From an uncultured Rikenellaceae bacterium (GTDB taxonomy: Bacteria > Bacteroidota > Bacteroidia > Bacteroidales > Rikenellaceae): a stretch of 64,000 nucleotides of DNA. The DNA lies in assembly GCA_964370175.1 (NCBI GenBank), contig CAYJIF010000001.1:5732-69731 (forward strand). The letters run 5' to 3'. This document shows, piece after piece, positions 17,148 to 25,505 of the stretch (position 1 is the first letter of the stretch; each line of letters starts with the position of its first letter). The notes beneath the pieces are model-generated. The model had not been told where the DNA came from and searched no databases. It saw nothing but the letters and a program-made list of their open reading frames with translations. The translations under genes were made by a program, and so were the position numbers.

Positions 17148-18125
17148 ATGAAAACTAAAGGACCTATTTCCAACTTTCTGGAGCACAACTATCGCCACTT
17201 CAATGCCGCCACGCTGGTGGATGCCGCCAAAGGTTACGAAGCGCACCTGGACGCAGGAGGAAAGATGATGATAACAATGGGGGGAGCGATGAGCACTGCC
17301 GAGCTTGGCATCTCGCTCGCAGAGATGATCCGCCAAGACAAAGTGCACATTATCACCTGTACGGGAGCTAACCTGGAAGAGGACCTCATGAACTTGGTTG
17401 CGCACAGCCACTACAAACGCATACCCAACTATCGCGACCTAACCCCGGAGCAAGAACGTGAACTCTTGGACAACCACCTGAACCGTGTTACTGACACTTG
17501 CATCCCCGAGGAGGAGGCTTTCCGTCGCTTGCAGGGACACATTAGCGAGATTTGGAAAGATGCAGACGCTAAGGGTGAGAGATACCTGCCACACGAATTT
17601 ATGTACAAACTCATTCGCAGTGGAGTGTTGGAGCAGTACTACGAAATCGACCCACAAGATAGCTGGATGTTGGCTGCTTGCGAAAAGAATTTGCCAATTA
17701 TCGTACCCGGGTGGGAGGATTCTACTATGGGTAACATCTTCACCTCTTATGTAATAAAGGGAGAGTGCCAGGCATCGACCGTGAAGAGCGGTATCGAATA
17801 TATGATATACCTCACCGAGTGGTACCGTGCCAATAGCGGTGGTGCTGGGGTAGGTTTCTTCCAGATCGGAGGGGGTATCTCGGGCGACTTTCCAATTTGC
17901 GTGGTGCCGATGATGTACCAAGATTTGGAGTGGGAGGAGGTACCTTTCTGGGCATATTTCTGCCAGATTTCAGACTCTACAACCTCTTATGGCTCGTACT
18001 CAGGAGCTGTGCCAAACGAGAAAATCACGTGGGGAAAGCTCGATATCGACACTCCTAAATTCGTTATCGAGAGCGATGCCACCATTGTTGCTCCACTTAT
18101 ATTTGCTTGGATACTGGGACAATAA
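17148..18125 (+). CDS. deoxyhypusine synthase family protein
   Basis: MKTKGPISNFLEHNYRHFNAA... MGGAMSTAELG ... IITCTGANLEED ... GGGISGDF. Start taken at ATG 17148. Confidence 0.8.
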   Translation: MKTKGPISNFLEHNYRHFNAATLVDAAKGYEAHLDAGGKMMITMGGAMSTAELGISLAEMIRQDKVHIITCTGANLEEDLMNLVAHSHYKRIPNYRDLTPEQERELLDNHLNRVTDTCIPEEEAFRRLQGHISEIWKDADAKGERYLPHEFMYKLIRSGVLEQYYEIDPQDSWMLAACEKNLPIIVPGWEDSTMGNIFTSYVIKGECQASTVKSGIEYMIYLTEWYRANSGGAGVGFFQIGGGISGDFPICVVPMMYQDLEWEEVPFWAYFCQISDSTTSYGSYSGAVPNEKITWGKLDIDTPKFVIESDATIVAPLIFAWILGQ

Positions 18126-18184
18126 CCCTTTCTCCACACCACAACATCACCTGATATCTCAAAAAGCCTCAATACCCACGGGCA

Positions 18185-18754
18185 ATGGATTTTTTATTTA
18201 TTCTGCTGCTGGCACTAAGCCTCAGCACCGATTCCTTTACCGTTTCCCTTGCCATGGGCGTGGCCTATTGCAAAGTCGGCAGACAACAGCTACGCCTTGC
18301 CATTATTGTCGGGGTGCTACACTTTGTGCTCTCAGCGCTGGGGGCGTTGATGTTCCACGAAATTGGGCACTACATATCTATCTATGGCAACTACATTGCC
18401 TTTGGACTGTTGGCGTTGTTGGGCGGGAGAATGATTGTCGAGGGACTAAGAACCTCTAAGCACAACAATGAGAAAAGTGGTAGCGACCTCACACTCAGTC
18501 GCACGCTGCTAATTGCTCTGGCTGTAAGTCTCGATGCTTTTGTGGTGGGAGGCGCTGTGGGGGTCACCAACATGGAGGCTCACACCCTCTACGAGCTTAC
18601 TCTATTTAGTGTGGTTGTGGGATTATGCTCCACCCTTTCTGTACTTATCGGCATTGCTCTGGGTTGCAGATTGGGGCGCACGTTTGGTAACTGGGCAACT
18701 CTTGTCGGAGGGGCTGGATTGATTGCGCTGGGGCTGAAATTTTTGCTAACATAG
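18185..18754 (+). CDS. mntP: manganese efflux pump MntP family
   Basis: Six-TM protein with duplicated LSTDSF/VSLDAF motifs. Confidence 0.8.
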   Translation: MDFLFILLLALSLSTDSFTVSLAMGVAYCKVGRQQLRLAIIVGVLHFVLSALGALMFHEIGHYISIYGNYIAFGLLALLGGRMIVEGLRTSKHNNEKSGSDLTLSRTLLIALAVSLDAFVVGGAVGVTNMEAHTLYELTLFSVVVGLCSTLSVLIGIALGCRLGRTFGNWATLVGGAGLIALGLKFLLT

Positions 18755-18785
18755 AGGCAGCACATAGCCCTGCAGGGAGCACTCC

Positions 18786-19676
18786 CTACTCCTTGATCTC
18801 GTCACCGAGTCGCCGTGACTCATCTTCGAGCTCATAGGTAATATCCCGCATATTGTCTACAATTGCTTGGAACTCTTCACTGGTCATATCTCGAGCAATA
18901 TAGCCCAGCGGATCTACCGGCGTACCACGGAGTATAACTTCATAGTGGAGATGCGGCCCCGAGGATAGTCCCGTAGAGCCTAACTCCCCGATTTTTTGTC
19001 CACGTTTAACCTCTTGACCGACTGTTACGCTAATTTTCGAGAGGTGAGCATATCGAGTTTTGTATCCAAAGCCGTGATCTACGAGCACTTGCAGGCCATA
19101 GCCCGAGCGTCTATTATCTTCGGTAACAACGCCATTGCCCGTAGCGACTATATCCGTTCCTGTCCAACCGCTCAGGTCAATTCCCTCGTGCGGACGCATG
19201 TAACCCAGAACGGGGTGGCGGCGATAGGGCGAAAATTTACCAATATTCCCTCTCACCAGGTTTCTGTCCATAGGCCAGATAGCTGGCACGCGCTCAGCCA
19301 TTACATCTTTGTTGAGGGCGAGCAGCTCAATATCATCGAGCGAGACGCTGGCTCTGTATATATCCATCGTGAGGTCATTTAGACTCTGCTCCGTAGAATT
19401 CACCAGATCGTTATACCTCCCAAAATTCTCTTCCTGAGCGAAGATCAAGGGAGCATCATCAAGTTTCGCAAAATCTTGTGCAAAGACGGAGCGATAGAGA
19501 GTTTTTTCGCGTTGGGAGAGCAGCTGCACCTCTTGGCTCATCTGCGCCAATTCGGCTTGCAGAGCCACATATCGCTCCACACTATGGTTAGCCTCCTCTC
19601 TGAGATTCCACATTTTGGGCGTGGTGAAAAAGTACGAAAAAACAAAGTTCGCCACCAACGCCACAATGAAAATCAT
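18786..19676 (-). CDS. M23 family metallopeptidase (membrane-anchored)
   Basis: HEGIDLSG and GSTGLSSGPHLHYEV. The ORF runs to 19847, but -7 motifs for this gene (19814-19821) and for alaS (19833-19840) lie inside that extension. The first ATG after them is 19676 (MIFIVALV..., a TM helix). The start is uncertain. Confidence 0.7.
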   Translation of the reverse strand: MIFIVALVANFVFSYFFTTPKMWNLREEANHSVERYVALQAELAQMSQEVQLLSQREKTLYRSVFAQDFAKLDDAPLIFAQEENFGRYNDLVNSTEQSLNDLTMDIYRASVSLDDIELLALNKDVMAERVPAIWPMDRNLVRGNIGKFSPYRRHPVLGYMRPHEGIDLSGWTGTDIVATGNGVVTEDNRRSGYGLQVLVDHGFGYKTRYAHLSKISVTVGQEVKRGQKIGELGSTGLSSGPHLHYEVILRGTPVDPLGYIARDMTSEEFQAIVDNMRDITYELEDESRRLGDEIKE

Positions 19677-19813
19677 AAGTGCACGACGCAGATTACGACA
19701 GAACCACTTATAGAGCGGTAGGACTATAGTATCACGCAGGTAAGTATGTCTATTGAAGCTGATGTCGGCTCTTTTTGTATTATTTTTGCGGTAAAATAGC
19801 GCAAATAGTTTCA

Positions 19814-19821
19814 CAAAGTTA
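19814..19821 (-). promoter_or_regulatory. -7 promoter motif TAACTTTG (M23 peptidase)
   Basis: TAnnTTTG on the minus strand, inside the N-terminal extension of ORF 18786..19847. Confidence 0.4.
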
Positions 19822-19832
19822 TAAAAAAAACG

Positions 19833-19840
19833 TAAATTTG
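19833..19840 (+). promoter_or_regulatory. -7 promoter motif TAAATTTG (alaS)
   Basis: TAnnTTTG, 38 nt upstream of ATG 19879. Confidence 0.5.
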
Positions 19841-19878
19841 TCCTCAATTATTGCACTATTTTAAGACACAACCATACT

Positions 19879-22497
19879 ATGACATCAAAGCAAATACGTC
19901 AAAAATTCTTGGATTTCTTTGCATCCAAGGCACACACCATAGTTCCTTCGGCACCAATGGTGGTTAAGAATGACCCCACACTAATGTTCACAAATGCGGG
20001 GATGAACCAGTTCAAAGATCTCTTTTTGGGCAACGAACCTGTGGAGCACTCGCGCATTGCCGATTCGCAGAAATGCCTGCGAGTTAGCGGCAAACACAAT
20101 GACCTCAGCGAGGTGGGGCACGACACCTACCACCACACTATGTTCGAGATGTTGGGCAACTGGTCGTTTGCCGACTACTTCAAAAAAGAGGCTATAGCCT
20201 GGGCGTGGGAACTGCTCGTGAGCGAATTCAAACTCGACCCAGCACGCATGTACGCCACTGTATTCGAAGGCGATACCACCGACAACGTACCCTTTGACGC
20301 CGAAGCATTCAACCTCTGGAAACAATACCTGCCCGAGACCCAAATACTCAAAGGCAATAAAAAAGATAACTTCTGGGAGATGGGAGCCGCAGGACCTTGT
20401 GGTCCCTGCTCGGAGATTCACTACGACCTCAGAGAAGACACCACCAAAGAGAGTGGAGCATCGCTGGTGAACAAAGATCACCCCGAAGTAATAGAGATAT
20501 GGAACCTTGTCTTTATGCAGTTCAACCGCCTTGCTGACGGTAAACTTGTGCCACTGGCAAACTGCCACGTGGATACGGGTATGGGCTTCGAACGCCTCTG
20601 TATGATTATCCAAGGCAAGCGCAGCAACTATGACACTGATGTCTTCAGCCCGCTGCTCGACAAAATCACAGCGCTCCAACCCCTAAAGCAGAGTGTGAAC
20701 CAAGAGCTCGAAACTGTTGCCAAGAGGGTTATTGCCGACCACTTGCGCGCTATTTCGTTCTCTATTGCCGAGGGACAACTCCCCTCGAACAACAAAGCTG
20801 GGTACGTAATTCGCCGCATACTACGCCGTGCCGTGCGCTATGGCTACACATACCTCGGCGTGCGCGAGCCATTTATCTGCGAACTGGTGCCAACCCTTGT
20901 GGGGCAAATGGGCGAACAATACCCCGAACTGGCTAAATCCGAAGAACTCATCTCAAAAGTAATCAGAGAAGAAGAGACTACATTCCTACGCACGCTTGCC
21001 ACAGGCATTGCCCTCATCGAAAACGGCGAGTGGAGCTTGGAAAACGGCATGATGAGTGGTCGTGATGCATTCCTGCTCTACGACACTTATGGTTTCCCCC
21101 TTGACCTAACAGAGCTTATCATGGAGGAGAAGGGCATAAAGATTGATATCGAGGGTTTTGAAAAAGAGCTGGAGAAACAAAAAGCACGCTCTCGCTCGGC
21201 AGCAGTGGTGGAGAATGACGACTGGGTGGAGCTTATGCCCATCGAGCGTAGCGAGTTTGTGGGCTACGACCACAACACAGTAGAATGCCGTATTGCCCGC
21301 TACCGCAGAGTAACCAACAAGTCTAACACCATGTATCACATCGTGCTCGACAAGACACCATTCTACGGTACCAGCGGCGGCCAAGTGGGTGACACTGGGG
21401 TGATCACCTCGGAGGACGGCACTGTTGAGATTAAAATCAAGGATACTATTAAGGATAACAACCTCACTATCCATGTCACTCGCGAGCTGCCCATCACCGA
21501 TGCGCTCTCAGGAGCAATGACCGCTCAGGTGAACGTGGCTCACAGGACTGCTTCGGCCGCAAACCACACCGCCACCCACCTCATGCACCAAGCTCTAAGA
21601 GAGGTGCTGGGTGAGCACGTGGAGCAGAAGGGCTCGCTCGTTAATTCTGAATACCTACGCTTCGACTTTTCGCACTTTGCCAAGGTCACTGACGAAGAGC
21701 TACGACAAGTCGAAAGGCGTGTGAATGCTCTGATACGCGAGAATCATGCGATGAACGAAAATCGCGTATGCTCGATGGAGGATGCTCAGAAGATGGGGGC
21801 AATGATGCTCTTTGGCGAAAAGTACGGCTCAAAAGTGCGTGTCATCGGCTTTGGCAATAGCGTTGAGCTATGCGGTGGGATACACGTAGAGGCTACGGGT
21901 TCTATCGGCTTTTTCAAGATTTTGAGCGAAGGGAGCTCTTCGGCTGGTATTCGCCGCATTCAGGCAATCACCGCCGAACATGCCGAAAATGCAATCTACG
22001 AACAACAAAACATTCTGGAGGAGATGGGCAAGATGCTCGGCTCGAAACAGTTCACCACCGCTCTGCAAAAACTCATCGAGGAGAATGGCAATGTGGCATC
22101 TCTGATGACTGAGGTTCGCACCTCCAGGGACAACTTCCTCATCAAGGAACTGTTGTCGCTGAGCGAGGAGTACAACTCATTCAACATTGTGGTGAGCAAG
22201 CTCAAGATAATTGCCGAGAGCGTGCGCAATGTCGCTCAGCAAATTGCCAAGAACGATGACAATGCTGTTGTAATCCTTTCGACCAACTATGGCGAACGTC
22301 CAGCGATTTGTGTTGCTCTTGGGGCAAATGCACTGGCGGCAGGGCTCAAGGCTGGCGAAATCATCAAGGAGGCGGCTCGCCTGATTGGTGGCGGTGGTGG
22401 CGGACAAGCTGCCTTTGCAATGGCTGGAGGCAAGGATGTCTCGGGCATTGATGCCGCTGTTGAGTTGGCTACAAAAATGTGCAAAGAAAAACTCTAA
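19879..22497 (+). CDS. alaS: alanine--tRNA ligase
   Basis: 872 aa. FTNAGMNQFK, the class II core, the HTATHLMH editing domain and a C-terminal DHHA1-like GGGGGQ motif. Confidence 0.97.
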   Translation: MTSKQIRQKFLDFFASKAHTIVPSAPMVVKNDPTLMFTNAGMNQFKDLFLGNEPVEHSRIADSQKCLRVSGKHNDLSEVGHDTYHHTMFEMLGNWSFADYFKKEAIAWAWELLVSEFKLDPARMYATVFEGDTTDNVPFDAEAFNLWKQYLPETQILKGNKKDNFWEMGAAGPCGPCSEIHYDLREDTTKESGASLVNKDHPEVIEIWNLVFMQFNRLADGKLVPLANCHVDTGMGFERLCMIIQGKRSNYDTDVFSPLLDKITALQPLKQSVNQELETVAKRVIADHLRAISFSIAEGQLPSNNKAGYVIRRILRRAVRYGYTYLGVREPFICELVPTLVGQMGEQYPELAKSEELISKVIREEETTFLRTLATGIALIENGEWSLENGMMSGRDAFLLYDTYGFPLDLTELIMEEKGIKIDIEGFEKELEKQKARSRSAAVVENDDWVELMPIERSEFVGYDHNTVECRIARYRRVTNKSNTMYHIVLDKTPFYGTSGGQVGDTGVITSEDGTVEIKIKDTIKDNNLTIHVTRELPITDALSGAMTAQVNVAHRTASAANHTATHLMHQALREVLGEHVEQKGSLVNSEYLRFDFSHFAKVTDEELRQVERRVNALIRENHAMNENRVCSMEDAQKMGAMMLFGEKYGSKVRVIGFGNSVELCGGIHVEATGSIGFFKILSEGSSSAGIRRIQAITAEHAENAIYEQQNILEEMGKMLGSKQFTTALQKLIEENGNVASLMTEVRTSRDNFLIKELLSLSEEYNSFNIVVSKLKIIAESVRNVAQQIAKNDDNAVVILSTNYGERPAICVALGANALAAGLKAGEIIKEAARLIGGGGGGQAAFAMAGGKDVSGIDAAVELATKMCKEKL

Positions 22498-22513
22498 ACA
22501 GCGAGGTGGTTCA

Positions 22514-23404
22514 ATGAGGCGATTCAAATGGTTAAAACGAATTTTGTGGGGAGGGCTAATTGCAGCCCTCTACTATTTCGTTTTTTCTGTCTTCTTTGAC
22601 ACGCCCATCGAACACGAAATAAAGCGCGGCACAGCTCAACTCGATGCACGATACGAAGAGCTTGTCGCCAAACGCGACTCACTGAAACTAATCATCGAGA
22701 ACATCCAGAAACGGGACAGCAGTGTCTTTGAAATCATCTTTGAGGCCAAGCCTTACGAAGACACTCTTGCACGCAGAGGGCTAACAATAAGCGATTTGGA
22801 TAGGCTCAGCAATGCCGAGCTGGGAGAAATCTTTGACGACCGCATGGCTCAGCTTCAGGCGGGGGTAAGCAACTATCACAGTGATATACTCTCGATTATC
22901 GCGCACATAGACTCCTCGCTCACTGAGGTGAACTACATTCCCTCCATACAGCCCGTCAACAACCCCGAATTAACGCTCCTGGCGTGCTCCTATGGCGAAC
23001 GCATCCATCCTTTCTATAAAGCCCGCCATTTCCACTACGGAGTAGACTACGCCGTACCAACTGGCACGGCGGTTTTTGCCACTGCCGACGGAGTTGTGCA
23101 AAACATCAACATTCGCGGGCAGAGCACGGGCACGAGCATCACGCTTAGCCACGGCAAGGACTACAAAACTTTTTACGGCTACCTCGACAAAGTGTTAGTT
23201 CGTGCTGGCAGCCGGGTGATGCGAGGTGATGTGATTGGTTTTTCGGGAAACACGGGGCTCTCCTACGCTCCACACCTCCACTACGAGGTTATATTCAAGG
23301 GAGAAAAGGTAGACCCTCTACCCTATTTCTTTGGCGAACTGGGCGCAGAGGAGACGCTAAGGATGAAGAGCATTGCAAGTGTTGCTATGCAATCTTTCGA
23401 CTAA
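22514..23404 (+). CDS. M23 family metallopeptidase (membrane-anchored)
   Basis: MRRFKWLKRILWGGLIAALYYFVF (TM anchor), HYGVDYAV, GNTGLSYAPHLHYEV. Start taken at ATG 22514, after the alaS stop. Confidence 0.8.
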   Translation: MRRFKWLKRILWGGLIAALYYFVFSVFFDTPIEHEIKRGTAQLDARYEELVAKRDSLKLIIENIQKRDSSVFEIIFEAKPYEDTLARRGLTISDLDRLSNAELGEIFDDRMAQLQAGVSNYHSDILSIIAHIDSSLTEVNYIPSIQPVNNPELTLLACSYGERIHPFYKARHFHYGVDYAVPTGTAVFATADGVVQNINIRGQSTGTSITLSHGKDYKTFYGYLDKVLVRAGSRVMRGDVIGFSGNTGLSYAPHLHYEVIFKGEKVDPLPYFFGELGAEETLRMKSIASVAMQSFD

Positions 23405-23406
23405 CT

Positions 23407-23471
23407 GGGCGGAGCTGCTGGGTGGAATTATTGGGTGGAATTATTGAGCGGAGCTATTGAGTGGAACTGCT
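23407..23471. repeat. 5 copies of a 13-nt tandem repeat in a convergent intergenic region
   Basis: gggcggagctgct / gggtggaattatt / gggtggaattatt / gagcggagctatt / gagtggaactgct. Every difference between copies is a transition. Confidence 0.9.
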
Positions 23472-23505
23472 GCATATACACTCCCTCCAATCAGAGGCAG
23501 AGGAG

Positions 23506-24282
23506 CTACTGAGCCGACACACCTAAGCCAAAAAGCGCAAAATCATACTTCACTGGGTCAGCGGCATCAAACTCACGGAGTGAGGCAGTGAGCTCTTCCA
23601 CAGTTTTCCAATCGTCTGATTTTCTGTGCAAGAGCCCAAAGTGACGACCCTGGCGAGCACTGTGAACATCCAATGGAATATAGAGTGCCGAAGGAGGAAT
23701 CCCCCGCCACAGGCCAAAATCAACTCCTGCATCATCACGGCGCACCATCCATCTCAAAAACATACAGAGTCTCTTGCAAGCCGAACCCTTATCAATAGAG
23801 GAAATGTGACGCAAAGTTCGCTCGGGCGAGGTGAGATTGAAAAAATCAGAGCGAAAAGAAGAGAGCACGGCTCTAATGTCTTGGGAGTTACGATATTGAC
23901 TCTCGAAGTAGCTCTGCAGCGAGCCATTCTGCACCACCAAACGCTGGAGGTTCGTTAAAATCTCGAAGAAATCAACCTCATTAAAAGTGCGATGCACAAA
24001 ACCACGGGCAGCTCTGTTTAGCTCCGTTGGCGAGGCATGTTTCACGAAATCAGCGGGCGAGTTTTCGAGTCGCTGCATCATGCTGTCAGCACTTCGGAGT
24101 ATCATTGTCCGATTCCCCCACGCTATTAGCGAGACCAAGAAACCTGCTATTTCAATATCCTCTGCACTCTCAAATCGATGTGGTATGGATATGGGGTCAG
24201 AGGCAATAAACTCAGGGGTGTTGTATCTCTGAGTCAGCTCGTCAAGTCTGGCTTTAAGTTCTATTTTAGATAATTTTTCCAT
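23506..24282 (-). CDS. TIGR02757/DUF2400 family protein
   Basis: N-terminus ...YNTPEFIASDPISIPHRF and overall length are as I recall for this uncharacterised family. Confidence 0.65.
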   Translation of the reverse strand: MEKLSKIELKARLDELTQRYNTPEFIASDPISIPHRFESAEDIEIAGFLVSLIAWGNRTMILRSADSMMQRLENSPADFVKHASPTELNRAARGFVHRTFNEVDFFEILTNLQRLVVQNGSLQSYFESQYRNSQDIRAVLSSFRSDFFNLTSPERTLRHISSIDKGSACKRLCMFLRWMVRRDDAGVDFGLWRGIPPSALYIPLDVHSARQGRHFGLLHRKSDDWKTVEELTASLREFDAADPVKYDFALFGLGVSAQ

Positions 24283-24931
24283 CGCTCATCTCGATTCTCC
24301 TATCGCACCTTTGGCTCAGGTCATCCTCGTGAGTGACTATCACAAATGTTTGCCCCAGCTCGTCACGCAACTCAAAAAAGAGATTATTGAGCTCCTCCCT
24401 CGAGGCGCTATCCAAGTTTCCCGTGGGTTCATCAGCAAAAATCACCATCGGAGAATTAATAAGCGCGCGAGCCACTGCTACTCTTTGGTTTTCACCGCCT
24501 GAGAGTGCCGTGGGTTTGTGAGTGAGTCGATGGCCGAGTCCGAGTCTTTTGAGCAATTTTTCTGCCTCCAGGGTAACTTCGCTCGATTTTCTCCCTGCAA
24601 TAACCCCTGCCAGCACTACGTTTTCGAGCGCTGTGAACTCAGGCAAAAGGTGGTGGTCCTGAAAGACAAAACCTATGTTCGTTGCCCTAAAGGCGCTGAG
24701 TTTTTTGTCATTGAGCTCGCTGATATTCTGCCCTGCGAAGAGCACCTCGCCTGCGGTGGGTTTGAGCAGCGTGCCCAGAATCTGCAACAAGGTGCTCTTC
24801 CCTGCTCCGCTACGCCCCACAATACACAACACCTCGCCCTTTGCAACACAAAGGTCAACGCCTCTGAGCACTTCAGTCGAGGAGTAATTATGTTCAATAT
24901 TTTTGCACTCCAAAATCGTTTCCATAGCCAC
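24266..24931 (-). CDS. ABC transporter ATP-binding protein (LolD/FtsE-like)
   Basis: GRSGAGKSTLL Walker A, LSGGENQRVAVARAL signature, IFADEPTGNLD Walker B. Confidence 0.85.
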   Translation of the reverse strand: MAMETILECKNIEHNYSSTEVLRGVDLCVAKGEVLCIVGRSGAGKSTLLQILGTLLKPTAGEVLFAGQNISELNDKKLSAFRATNIGFVFQDHHLLPEFTALENVVLAGVIAGRKSSEVTLEAEKLLKRLGLGHRLTHKPTALSGGENQRVAVARALINSPMVIFADEPTGNLDSASREELNNLFFELRDELGQTFVIVTHEDDLSQRCDRRIEMSDGKII

Positions 24932-25001
24932 AAATGTACAAAATTTATTTGTCTATCTCACCCCCCGCGATCATCTTTTAGCATTATTTTATATTTTTTC
25001 G

Positions 25002-25009
25002 TACCTTTG
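25002..25009 (+). promoter_or_regulatory. -7 promoter motif TACCTTTG (queD-polA)
   Basis: TAnnTTTG, 40 nt upstream of ATG 25050. Confidence 0.5.
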
Positions 25010-25049
25010 CCTTTTATGATTATTCAAATAAATTAAGGTACAGAGCACT

Positions 25050-25481
25050 ATGCAACTTTCTCTCACTCGCCGTTTCACCTTCGAAATGGCACATTCGCTG
25101 GAGGGCTACGACGGACTGTGTAAGGAGATTCACGGCCATTCGTACAAACTATACATAACCATTTCGGGCACCCCCTCGGTAGATGAGAGTAGTCCCAAGG
25201 AGGGAATGATCATTGACTTTTCTGACCTCAAGCAAATTGTATCGACAGAGGTACTGGAGCACTACGACCACGCTCTGATGATGCGTCGAGATAGCACCCC
25301 ACTGATTGAACAGATGAAGGGGCAGTGGAGCAAAATCATAGAGGTTGACTTCCAGCCCACTTGCGAGAATTTGATATGCGAGATATTCCATCGACTCAAA
25401 GCGGCTTTGCCAGCAGGCGTGACGCTCAGCGAAATCAAGCTCTACGAAACCGAAAATTCATACGCCACGCTCCGACCTTAG
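25050..25481 (+). CDS. queD: 6-carboxytetrahydropterin synthase
   Basis: FEMAHSL..C..IHGHSY, PTPS/QueD family, 143 aa. Confidence 0.85.
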   Translation: MQLSLTRRFTFEMAHSLEGYDGLCKEIHGHSYKLYITISGTPSVDESSPKEGMIIDFSDLKQIVSTEVLEHYDHALMMRRDSTPLIEQMKGQWSKIIEVDFQPTCENLICEIFHRLKAALPAGVTLSEIKLYETENSYATLRP

Positions 25482-25505
25482 GCACCTTCAAACAACAACG
25501 GAACT

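Noticed and set aside
23407-23471. Tandem repeat considered as a CRISPR-like array
   Set aside because: The 13-nt units are contiguous with no spacers, which is far too short for CRISPR repeats, and no cas genes are present. It is kept as a plain tandem repeat finding.
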